A stretch of DNA of 64,000 nucleotides. Source: the human T2T-CHM13v2.0 reference genome, Homo sapiens. Numbering within the stretch: the stretch's first letter is position 1; the number at the start of each line of letters is the position of its first letter. The stretch lies in assembly GCF_009914755.1 (NCBI RefSeq), contig NC_060927.1; one strand, 5' to 3'. Shown here one piece after another: positions 13,954 through 25,960 of this stretch. The position numbers were made by a program, and so were the translations under genes. A model generated the notes under the pieces. The model worked only from the letters and a program-made list of their open reading frames with translations, ran no database searches and was not told the DNA's origin.

Positions 13954-15207
13954 GTGTGTATTCATATATATTAATATATATGCACAATACATTGCTTCAT
14001 TTTTAATATTTTGCGTGCATTTTATCATACTATATAATATGCATCTTTGTAAGCTGCCCTGAAGCAGTTAGAAACAGGGCAAAGAATACATGTAGACCCC
14101 CAACTGTAGTCAACACATACACAAACACATTATTTATCCACCCACAAGGTGGCTTGTTCTTCATACCTTACAGTCTAAGAAAATGTCTCTTTGGTAGCTA
14201 AAGACTTGTACTAGGTTCCAGCTATGCCCTTGACTGTCATCAGTAAATGGAGTTGAAAGTGGCTTTGCTTACCCTGCTTCCACCCAGTAACTTTCTATAA
14301 AGGAGATCAGGGCATCACTTAGTTCTGTGGGGAGAGAGGTGGCAGGTCTGTATTGACACTTTCATCTGTTGGAAAACAAGAACAAACCCTGAGGGCTTTT
14401 AAAGTGTGTTCTGCAGTGAGAGTTTATATGCTTTATCCACATTAAGAGCAAGACAGTTTTTTTTTCTTTCCTAAAGAAAACAGTTCTTTTTCCATTGCGG
14501 GGGAAACAAAAAAGAAAGAAATTCTGGCATCTCTTGCTGAAGGCTGTAATGAGGCAAGGAGCTGGATTGCAGGAGAATGGTAATAAGAAGTTAAAAATGA
14601 TGGTCATGGATACCCCTCCAGGAACAAAATGACTCTGGGAAGATATAAAATTGCCTGTTTTTGTTTTTAAATTATCAAATAATATGGCAAAATGTATCAG
14701 TGACCCTTACTCCATTCCCCTATCTTCTTCCTAGTTAGATGGCTTTTTTACTTTTCCCTTCACTCATGTTTTGTGAGTACAATTTTTACTGTCAGCAAAA
14801 CATAATGAAGATATTTGTTAAAAACCTGTGACAACGGTTAGCTTCCAAGGGGGTCTCAGTTATGCCAACTTCTATTATTATAAAGAAACTTTCTGATGTT
14901 TAATAACATGTATAAAGAATACTAAAAGAAATTCTGTGTCGTCTAGAACTGAGAATAAGGATCATCACATGAATCAAGCATTCTTTTATCTTCCCTCAAC
15001 CCTATTCACACATGGTGATTGGTCAGACAATATTAATGTACTTAGGGGCCTATAAAAATTAGAGTTATCCAGCACCTAGATATTCCAATGGGAAGCAGAA
15101 TGGGTTCTATAATTAAGCAGTCAAATGTGTTTATCAATTGAGAGTAAGTTAATTTGGCTAGTGCTGCTTTAAGGGAGAAATCAGAGAATTGAAGTTGCAG
15201 AAAGATA

Positions 15208-15802
15208 TAGTCAGTTCTGCTATAAAGTGACGTAAGTGTTCTGAGAATCACCATGCTATGCAAAATTGTGCAACAAAACCCACAGGATTTATGGTTAAAA
15301 TGGGCTTAGTGGCACACATTTAAAAACTTTGTCAATAAACATTAAAACAAAAAGAAACCTAATAAAAATGGTAACACTGTTAATATGGTTAAATGGTTAA
15401 AGAACACGTAAGAAAGACTTCAAGAAGTATGTCATTTTTCCTTGAAAAAAGAACCACTAAGTTTGCTTGTGGAAGTAGACATTGGAAAGGTTGCTGCTTG
15501 TGAGTTATTATGAAGTGGTGGAAGGAGGGTTTTCCTGAAATTGGAAGGAAGGTTGTAGACAGCAATGTGAATGGATGGGTGGCTCATAACACTCAGTGAC
15601 TTAGGTATCCGATAGGTGTTAGAGGCATGTGCACCTGCTTTGGTTCAGCTGGGTGTGGTTTTCTGCAGTCACCTAGTATTTCTCATGGATGAAATAATGC
15701 ATAAACCCAACATTTGCATTATACTTTAAGTGTTCCCTAATATATCAGTTGTGTTGAAACAAATTCATGTTTTCAAAATAAGCATTATAGAAGAATTGAC
15801 AA
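15208..15802. mobile_element. Old Tigger-family DNA transposon (Tigger13a-like)
   Basis: Terminal inverted repeats agtcagttctgctataa ... ttatagaagaattgac. Confidence 0.6.
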
Positions 15803-16213
15803 GTCAATCCTCAGAGGATAAGTGGAACCCTTCACCCACCTTCTCATTTTTTAAATACTGATGGTCATCTATGAGCGATGAGCCATATGAGAATGACTCT
15901 TTTATGCATGTTTATATCATATGTCTTATAAAATGTTAAATAATATTAAGAAACATAAACATGTAAAGTCCTCCTTCCAGCCCCACAAGACAAGTAATAA
16001 TTTTAGGCCAAATCAAAAATATCCCATGTATCAAAATGGCCTTGTCAAGATGACATGTCCTCACCTCAACCCACCCCTACCCTTGAGTTGAGCCAAATAG
16101 AGGCTGAGTCACCGATGACTGGATGTTATTCGTTTTCTCACTGATGATTTTCCTTGACTGAGGTGGCAACTGTTGAACTGGCTCTGTATTGTTTGACGAA
16201 GTATATATATATA

Positions 16214-17468
16214 ATCATTGGTTCTGGGTCCCAAGGCAGTTCCCAGGGTCTTGTTTGTTGATTTTCAGGATGTGGCTGCATGTACTGGACATTTCTCAGC
16301 AGATCCTGCATACAGAATGATTGATTCTGGGGCTTTCTGGATGTTCTACTCTTTTTAGGTCCACTTTGGGAAAAAAAGGGAAGCTACTACTTTCACATGA
16401 AGTGAAAGTAGCCTGCATTTGCAGGGAAGCCATGTCTAGAAAAAGCATAATCAAAATGATGTCCTTGGAGGAAGCACCTGGCTGTTTACAACAAGTGAAA
16501 TCCTTGTCTTCCAATTAGAGGGGCAGCTGGAGTCTCATGTGTGCATTCAGGTTGCAAAGAGATGAGCCACTATTAGATGAGCCACCACTAACAGAACTGC
16601 TGGGATGATGTAAAGTAATAAATTACACCACTCATGTAAGTATGATAGCATCAATGTAAGCATGTAGGAAATTTTGTTTTAATTCTAGATTTAGGTATCA
16701 ACTATAAAACCCTAGAATCTATGGCAAGTAGGAAATGAGGAGAGTATATTTTATCCCACATCTCATCTTACAATGAGGTGAGGCCTGCAGAAGCAACAGT
16801 GACTAGCCAGGAGATGCTGGCGAGTCATAATGTAACTAAACAATAACATAAACGCTAGAATTCCCAACTGTTCTTTTAGTACCATAGTATTGATTTTTGT
16901 AATTCGGTGAGTTTTGACCACTTACTTAAGATTCCAGGCAGCCCTCCTGTTGTTGTTGCTGCTCTCCTTTATGCCAGCATTTGTCACACTTGCTTGATTT
17001 GATTCCCTGCCTCCTGCCTTTATTTTATTTTATTTTTTAAAGCTGAAAAAAATGAGGGTTGCTTGTATTCAGGCCACGGTTACCACCAGTTGGCTTTATT
17101 TCTTTGGTCAATATCCTCTCTTCCATGGATAGAAATATGAATAAGAATAATCCTTGTACAAAGAAAACAAAAGTGCTAGCCTACTTTGTATGGAGGCCCA
17201 TTTTCCAACAGTTTTGTTTTATCTAGTCAGTGAATTCCTCAGATGTATTACTCGAGATGCAAGGAATACATTGGGAAAAACACCCCAGAAAAGTAGTAGC
17301 TTCCCTTTTTTTCCCAAAGTGGACCTAAAAAGAGTAGAACATCCAGAAAGCCCCAGAATCAATCATTCTGTATGCTGGATCTGCTGAGAAATGTCCAGTA
17401 CATGCAGCCACATCCTGAAATCAACAAACAAGACCCTGAGAACTGCCTTGGGACCCAGAACAAATGAT
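16214..17468. repeat. Inverted repeat: arms 16214-16393 and 17290-17468, 896-bp spacer
   Basis: Manual alignment shows 3 substitutions and 1 indel over 180 bp. ORFs on opposite strands share the peptide SSSFPFFPKVDLKRVEHPESPRINHSVC. Confidence 0.97.
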
Positions 17469-17729
17469 AGTCTTGATAATTAAAATCTTGAATATTTATC
17501 TTTCAAGATTTTTCTTAAGCCAAATTGGGAAAAAATGGATTATGAAAAGTGCTTAGAATTAAATCCAATATTTAAGATATATTAAGTGTTCATATGCTGT
17601 TGTATAATCTTTAACTTTTCAAAATGAATTCTAAAAACCACACAACTGGAGGACATTCATGAAAGACTGTTTACAGTGTCATTTAGCACAATTCCCACAC
17701 ACCAAGGATAAGCTGACTAATAATAATAT

Positions 17730-17960
17730 TAATAGCAGCAGCTAAAACTCACTGAGCACTTACTAGATGCCTGGCATCATTCTTCATGGATTACGTGGAA
17801 CTATTTAATCCTTAACCCCAAGAGGAAAATGCCATCATTATTTACCCCATTTGAGGGGAGGAAACTGAGGTTCAAAGAGGTGACTCCTTTCATAAAGCCA
17901 GTCAGCTAACAAGTTGAGAAGCTGGAATGCAAAACCAGGTTATCTACTTCCAAGCTTACA
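17730..17960 (-). mobile_element. MIR
   Basis: cactgagcacttactagatgcctggca...gaggaaactgagg. Confidence 0.75.
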
Positions 17961-18499
17961 CTGCTAATAGAAATAAAGGGAGGAACCAGTAGCACTTGAG
18001 TTAGCCATGCCTCTCTCACTGATCAGGCAAGAAAGGCCATGCCTCTAGGCAGTTTTGTTATGCATTAAAGAGAAATAAAAATAATACATGTTTTTTCTTT
18101 CTTACAGATTTGTTGTGATAATCTTAGAAGATAGGGGGAGGAAGTGGTGTTTAATGAATATCTGCTATATGCAGGCACTATATCAGGTATTTCACATAAC
18201 ATCATTAGCTGTTGCTGTCCCTGTTATTGCACAGGTCTCAAATTCACTTTTGACTGTAGAGTCACTGCCATTTTCAAAGGATAGAATCATTGCCATCTGT
18301 TCTCATGTGTGAGTTTTTCTTGTTGCCTGTCTTATTCAACTGATTTCAGTGGGGGTGGGGAGTTATTTTTAAAGCAATACATGTTATTAGTAGAAAACTT
18401 GAGCAAAGGATTTGAACAGGCAGTTTACATAGCAGGAAACTTCACAGGCCATCAAGTATTGGAAAAGATACTCCAAGTCTTTAGTAATGAGAGAAATGT

Positions 18500-18882
18500 A
18501 AATGGATGGTCTGCCTCTATGGGCTTCATCTTCAACATCATCTCATCTCTTCTTAAAATGAGTTATCCATTTGTAAATTGCTCATTTCTCTGGGGCATTG
18601 TCTTCGTAAACATTTTGTGATGCATCAGTAATTTCAGCATTCTTCCACCCAAGAATCACAGTAAATTTGATGTTTGCCCTTCAATTTTAGCAGAATTCTT
18701 GTTGCTTGGATAGGGGCACTTTGCAAACTGATGTCTTATACTTCTTAGTGCCTTAAACTAGATCCTGTTTAGATATGTTATAACAACTTAGTATGAGTTT
18801 ATTTTGGTGCAAAAAAAATTTGAAATCCATGTATAGTTTTTTCTTAATATTCATTTTTCATGAACTTTTTGAAGACTTCTTG
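18500..18882 (-). mobile_element. HSMAR2 mariner 5' fragment (TIR plus start of a decayed transposase)
   Basis: Reverse complement matches the HSMAR2 5' end (tcttcaaaaagttcatgaaaa...gcaccaaaataaactc...ggatctagttt...gaattctgctaaaattgaag), with TA at the terminus. Confidence 0.85.
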
Positions 18883-19177
18883 TATTTTATTTACATAAAT
18901 AAATGAATAAAATGGGGGAGGCATATTACATATGCTTTTTTTGTACCCTGGCTATGAAGATGGACTAAGTTATCTCTAAGATGCCTTCCAACTCGAAGAC
19001 ACTCTCCCCTCAAGGCAAATATCAGATCATCAAATCCAGTCAAGTTATAAATTGACTTGGGTTCAGCATAATCCAAAACTTATTTTGCCAAGCGCTCTTG
19101 TTGTCAACTGTATGAGATACCAGTGTACCAGTGCATTCAAAGGAAAATATATCTGTATTTTGATTTATCTGCATTTA

Positions 19178-19468
19178 TTTATTTATTTTTTGAGACAGAG
19201 TCTAGCTCTTGTCACCCAGGCTGGAGCGCAATGGCGTGATCTCTGCTCACTGCAACCTCCTGGGTTCAAGCGATTCTCCTGCCCCAGCCTCCTGAGTAGC
19301 TGAGACTACGGGCGTGCACTACCACACCTGGCTAATTTTTGTATTTTTAGTAGAGATGGGGTTTCACCATGTTGGCCAGGCTAGTCTCCAACTCCCAACC
19401 TCAGGTGATCCACCCACCTCGGCCTTCCAAAGTGCTGGGATTACAGGTATGAGCTGCCGCACCCGGCC
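19178..19468 (-). mobile_element. AluS (Sq/Sx)
   Basis: Full Alu. 17-bp TSD tgattta(t/c)ctgcattta at 19161 and 19469. Confidence 0.95.
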
Positions 19469-20430
19469 TGATTTACCTGCATTTAATTCAAACAGTACAC
19501 ATTTTGACTTGGTATGCTGAAATCGTTTTAGTGTATTCAGACCATTTCATAGGCTGATAGTTTACTCTAAAAATAGAATATACAGCATCAAACAAATATT
19601 AGTCCTCAATGGAACAAGTGAGGTTGAAACTTGATCTAATGTACCAGGAAACCATCCCATCTGAGTGATCTAGTGGCTTTTCATAGGCTAGAGCTGAACA
19701 GTTTCTGATGACTGCTCAAAAGCAAGTCAATCAGCGAGTAATAGAGTTCAGAATCTTTATTCTCTGTTTTGTATCTGGACTGTGAACAACCCTTAATAAA
19801 GAGTACATTCCTTTCTGCCAGAACTGCCCAATGGAAGACAACAAGTCTATCTAGGCTTCTTATAAAAGCCAACAGAAACCTCCCAAGGGAGACTCAAACC
19901 TCAGATCATTGCATTAGGAGCTGAAAATTAGAGTGCCATTGACTGTTGTTGCCATGGTAATCACTGCTGACCTGGCAGGTTCTTCCTCATGATAGCCTTC
20001 TCAACAGGTTCACTTCTGCTAAGGTGTGAGGTGTGTGTCTCTGTTTGTTTGCTTGTGGCAAAGTTGTCATGTTTTACTCTAAATACAAAGTAAGAAGACA
20101 GGAGCCACCAATGTCTTGCACACAATAAATGTTAAATGAAGATTTTTGGGGTTTGATTGGGTGCACCGGGTTTGGAAAAAAAATCAGAGGTGTCAGTCAC
20201 TATGCTCAAAATGTCTGTGAAGCCCCCATTGCTGGCTGCTGTTTCTCTTGAACAGTTCCCGTTGCTTTTTGGAGTAATCAGCACCTGGGTAAGATTTGCA
20301 ACTCTCCAATCCACAAAATTCTGTAGGTGTCCAGAGAGGCGGGAAGCTGTTTTAAAACTGTCCTTCTTTAGAATCTATTATGAGGCCTTTTTGGGGGAGG
20401 AATAGCATGGCTTCTGAGTACTCATTCTAT

Positions 20431-20610
20431 TAGGTTGTCTGGTTTTGGGGAGTTGGTAGAGTACTAACTCTAGGTTCTCTGATTTCTAGGAGTTGGTAGA
20501 GTACTACCTCTAGGTTCTCTGATTTCTAGGAGTTGGTAAAGTACTTACGCTAGGTTCTCTGACTTCTGGGGACTGGCAGAGTACTTACTGTAGGTTGTCT
20601 GGTTTCTGGG
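20431..20610. repeat. 40-bp minisatellite, ~4.5 copies
   Basis: Unit taggttctctgatttctaggagttggtagagtactacctc repeated at a 40-bp period. Confidence 0.93.
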
Positions 20611-23126
20611 GCCCTCCTTTGGGATTTTTATGCCCATCCAGGTGTGGAAACTACTCAATGGTAATAGTCTTAAAATCATCTTAAGATTTTCCAGTCCTGA
20701 GATTTCCCCAAACCTAAACTGATATTAATAGTCTTATCAGATTTTTGCCATGTGTTCATTGAAAAAATAATCTCCTTCATGTTAATGCAATATTTATGGA
20801 ATTATTCTTTCCAAGAAGAAGGGAAAGATAACATCCAAAGTTTTGGAGGTAGTTTAAGCATTTGTCTTAAGTTTTGTGTTTGCAAAATACTCTTCAGTTG
20901 CCTCTCATTTATCCTTACAAGCCTAGCCACACCTGCCCCCAGTGAACATCTCATATTTACTGAGAAATAAAAATTTAGTACAGGTGATTTGCCTTGGGTA
21001 TTGTTACCAGATTGTGTTTTTGCCCAGTGGAGAAGCAGATGCATTTAAAACTGCACTTGACACCTGAAAAATCACTGTCCCAGAAGCTACTAAGTCCTTT
21101 GTGAAATTACAATGAGGCGGCGGGCTGAACCACTGGTGGTTCTCCTACCCAGGGCTCGGCTTCCCACAGACATAAGTGAATCAGATGCCAGGGTGTTTCA
21201 GTTTACCGTAGGGGGTGTGTAAAAAGACGTAAGATTATTTACTTAGGCAGTGTAGTGTGGGGACATCACCACAGACCAATAGTAAGAAGGTTGGCCCTGA
21301 TGCTGGGCTTTTTCTAATAGCATAGACTTGATCACATCATTAACCTCTCTTACCTGTAAAATGAAGACACCTGCCTTTCCTATGCCACAGGTGGTTGTAT
21401 CAAATGAGGTAATGTTTGTTAACATTTTTTTTGCAGCCTCCGAAGTACTTTGGAAACGTACTAGCACCATTCTCCGAGGCCCGATGATCGTACAGTGGCT
21501 GGAAACGGCATTTTCGCATGTGCTTTTCCTGAGTCTAGGTTGTCAGGTGGATCCTTCTTAGGCTCCTCAGTTTGAACAAGCTGTCAGAGTGTATCAAAGA
21601 ATACCAGATAGGAGGAGAAGAAAAAGTAACAGCTGAAAAAAAAAAAGAGGGAAAAAAGAGTAGGCACTCCCCTCCACCCACTCTCCGGTTCCATTCAGCA
21701 CACTGACTTCATTCAGCAGTTTTTTTCCTGCTTTGTATGCAAAGACAGAGCCTCTCATGAGAACTTGGATGGTGGAGTATAAACACTCATTTAAAAATAA
21801 ATCCAGATGTAGTTGGCTGCAGTCATCTGACAGAACCCTGATTCTCTCTTCAATAATGACGTTCATTTGTACCTCATTAATTGAGAGTTTTTAATAATTT
21901 CTCCAGGGTAAGTCTGAAGTTTACTTTGTTTTATCTATGAAGAAAGGACCCACAGAGCAAATGAATAGTGTAAATAAGTTTGCTAGGAAACATTTAGCCT
22001 GCTTGAGAGGAAGGGCCATTTTCAAATGCCTTACTTGCATCTATTTGCATCCTAACTATCTACTGATTATGAGTGATTCTAGTCATTAAAGTAGTCCTAG
22101 GAGGATTTCTTCTTGGCGATGTTTTATTAGCATTTAATTTGAACTCTAATAAAACTCCATTTTTAAAAACTTGCCCATAATTCAATATTGTCACACATCT
22201 TCCTTCCATCAGTATAAATTTGTTGTAAGGCATTATTGTAATTAATTACGTGCCCCCAAATCTCTTGCATATCATCTGGTACAATTACATCCTTTTGAAA
22301 AAGATTTTCTATTTTCCTTTAGTTTCTTAAGATTGAAGTGTCCTGACATAAATAGCATCACTAAGGCTTGGACTTAGAGAAGACCTGCCTGTAAGAAACC
22401 AACTAGGGAGGAATGTAATTAGTTATTTCCACTATGACTAGATTCCAGCCCAAGATAGAGACCAACTTCTTCTTCTAAAAACTTTAGATTTCTGTAATTG
22501 CATAAACTAGACTTTATTCATAAAACAACTTCTGTACCATGCTTGAGATACAGTGAATACTAAGTATTTAATGAATTAAGGCATGAGTGCACATCTTTTG
22601 GGTTTTCGTTTGTCTTTTGTGTAGACACCTTTTAATATCAAGCAGTCTGTATTATAATAGGAACTCTGCAAGAAGATTGTATTGAAAGCAGTGTGTTCAA
22701 CCCATCTATTCACTCATTTTTCAAATATTTTGAGGGACAACTACTATGGATCAGCCAGACCTAGAGGTCAGAGGAAGTGTGTGTGCCTCTGTACATTTCA
22801 CATTTAGCGTTCAAGCCCCTTAACCTTTAAAAGTGAGATTGATACACTCTACAGTCTTTGCCTCTTACTGTACTTTGAGTTGCTGTGTGCCTGGTTCAAA
22901 TCCTTTCCCAGCCATCCTCCTATGGTTATTGCTTTATGCCTAACTAGACCACTATTACAACAAAGCAGATGCTCTGGGCATAGCTCATCTCTCTTTATGT
23001 TTGTGTCTAATTTTTCACTTTGTTATACTTCTGTCACATTTTGAATATCTGCGGTACTATGGATCTACACTTCTAAGTAAATAAAGTACCTTTGTACCAA
23101 AGGTAACAGCTAATATTTTTGTTATT

Positions 23127-23190
23127 TATCTATGCTAGGCACTCTTAGAAGAGCTAACATATGCTCTTAGAAGAGTGCCTAGCATAGATA
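23127..23190. repeat. 64-nt fold-back hairpin inside a MIR
   Basis: Perfect 20-bp arms tatctatgctaggcactctt / aagagtgcctagcatagata plus an inner 6-bp stem aagagc/gctctt. Confidence 0.93.
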
Positions 23191-24982
23191 GCACAGATAG
23201 AGCAAATGATAAAAAGCATGGATGCATGCATCTAAGAGCATCTGTGAAATGAGTGTTTTTATTATTCCCATTTTACAGGTAAGAAAACTGAGTCACACAA
23301 GGATATATTTGTGTAACACAATTTCAAAAAGGCAAACTCTTGCTCTTGTTAACGGTAAGGCCTTTTTGGCATCCCATATTTGTGAACTGTATCGATATGT
23401 TATCTCATTTGATCTGATACATCCCTTCCCATTTGCTCACATAGAAGAAGTGAAACAGATGAAGGTGAGTCTCTGCTTTCAGCAGCTCTGCAGGTTAAGG
23501 ACTGTACAGCACTTGAACCCAGGACTTCTGAATCCTGATCTTGGACTCTTCCCTCAGAAACAAGCTGCCTTTCTTTTGCTGGTCTGGCCAGTAGATCTGT
23601 ACTAAAGATGGGGGCCTCTCAATCTGAATGGGAGATTTGGAATCATGGGGACCTGAAGCAGTTAATGGAGGAGTGTTATAATAGAACATGTTTCATAGCC
23701 AGTCCATTTAGTCTAGGATCTAGAGTATTCCAAATAAACACCAACTCCTAATTTGTTTTTTGCTCCTGTGTTGAATCAATATCTAGAATATGCTCTTGAC
23801 AGCTCTGGAGCAAAAAGCCAAGTCTCTGACAAAAGAATCAGTACTAATTGGGAAATAAATCAGAGTTTGCTATAGCTAAAAGGGAAAAACTCCCACACAT
23901 TTATCTGTCATTTTGATTCGTTCTTTCATCCTATGTAGTACATTTTCAGGGTCTCAAAGAAGCTCATCTGTCTATGAAGGTGCTCATGGAAGCATCTTGT
24001 TTTACATATGATGAAAATGGAGAGAGCACTTCTTTTGACAGGAAACTTCACTTCTTGTTACTGAAAACCGTCACAACAGTCATTATGTCTGGCTTTCAGA
24101 GATTTCCTGGAGTTAGGAGAACAATAGACAGTTAAAATGGCAATGTCAAGAGCATTCTGGGGTTTTATAATGAGTACCAAGGGAAATTTTTTCTCTCGAG
24201 TTTGTAAGAAAAAAGTAGGAGGACTATTTGGGAAGCTGGGGATATGTGGAAATGAAAGGCAATGCTCTATTTTTTTAACGGAGTGTTCCTTCTAACCTTT
24301 GTAAGCTGAAAAAAATATTATACCATGGTTTCCATGTTCTTGTTATTGAGTTGCCAGTGAAGAAGAGAAGTTTCTCTTCAGTTGTCCCTCTCTGTAGGTT
24401 AAATCAGCCCCTGAAAAGACACATTTGCAGCTTTCTGTATTTTTCTTTGATTAAACATCAGTTAGAATTCTTGGATCCAGTTTTTTAATTCTTGTTGTAT
24501 ATGTACGGTGCTTCTGGGGCTTATGATTTCTAATTTAGCAGCAGGAGTTACTTCTCTTTTCCCTCTACCTCCAAAAAAAAAAGATGACTCAAGCATTAGG
24601 AATATGTTTTTGGGCTTATTGTATAATTCAATGTGTATTTGGATTTGCACAATTTTTAATCTTGATTTATGTAGCCCTAATGTGATTTCTAATTTTTAAT
24701 AAAGTTTTTGAGGTACTAATGTCTAACACATTTAAAGTATAAACTTCATAAACAATTTATGTGACCTGCTGTTTTCATTTCTGTAGTTTCTTGCTTGCTG
24801 CTAGAGCTGTGGATGGTTTTAAAGACCCCTGTGTTAGTTACGCAGGGATACCTGAATGGTAAAAATAACCTGCTATCTTTATATTTTTTTGAAAATCTAA
24901 CAATACAAAGGCAATTATGAATTATTAACATGTTTTTAAAATATGAGTAGAATATTCCTTGTTTTAAAAATTGGTCAACATT

Positions 24983-25284
<302 letters not shown>

Positions 25285-25329
25285 TCAACATTTTAAGATG
25301 CTATAAGGTGGAAATAAAAGTTTTCCTTC

Positions 25330-25960
25330 CTATTGTCTCAATCCTAAATATCATTCCTTAAAGGTAACCACTGTTAAGTCTCTGCAAATTCTACCAGAAA
25401 TGACCTAATGTTCTATTTGTATACAAGCACACATACACGTATACATAAATACCTATATACATGTAACACACATCTATGCTTACATGTGTATGTACGGATA
25501 CATATATGGATTCCATTGTGGATATGTTAGCATATACCTTAGACATCTGTTCACATCAGTATGTATAAATCCATTTCATTTTTAATGGCTATATTGTATT
25601 CCATTGCATTGGTTTGCCATAATTTAGCTTACCTTCTGTTTATCAACATTTACGTTTTTCCAGTTTTATCTTGTTGCAAACAATACTGCAATAAATATTT
25701 TTGTATATATCTTTTTGCATTTTTGTAAGTATATTTGTAGGATACATTCAAGGCAAGGGAATTACTGGTAAAAGAGGGTGTCCGTTTTTAGCATCACTAA
25801 ATATTGGCAAATTGTCCTCCAAAATGGCTGCCCTAATTTATACTTCCATCAACAGTGTAGAAGAATGTCGTGTTTCTCCACACCCTTGTCAACACTAAAT
25901 ATGACAAAAATTTCAGTTTGTAAATACAATAAGTGAAAATAGTATCTTATTTTGACATTC
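25330..25960 (-). mobile_element. Ancient L1ME-type fragment
   Basis: ttttaatggctatattgtattccattg...taatttatacttccatcaacagtgt...ctccacacccttgtcaacact. Confidence 0.65.

Noticed and set aside
14142-14155. CTCF motif CCACAAGGTGGCTT
   Set aside because: The 3' end is mismatched, and a single motif cannot be supported without ChIP data.
16296-17387. Paralogous small proteins sharing SSSFPFFPKVDLKRVEHPESPRINHSVC
   Set aside because: The shared peptide is a by-product of the inverted duplication, with no coding or splice support.
20431-20610. CRISPR-like array
   Set aside because: These are head-to-tail units with no unique spacers, in a primate genome, so this is a minisatellite.
23268-23292. 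Recursive splice site ttttacag|gtaaga
   Set aside because: It is a variant of the MIR core (cccattttacagatgaggaaactgag), and such matches are common.
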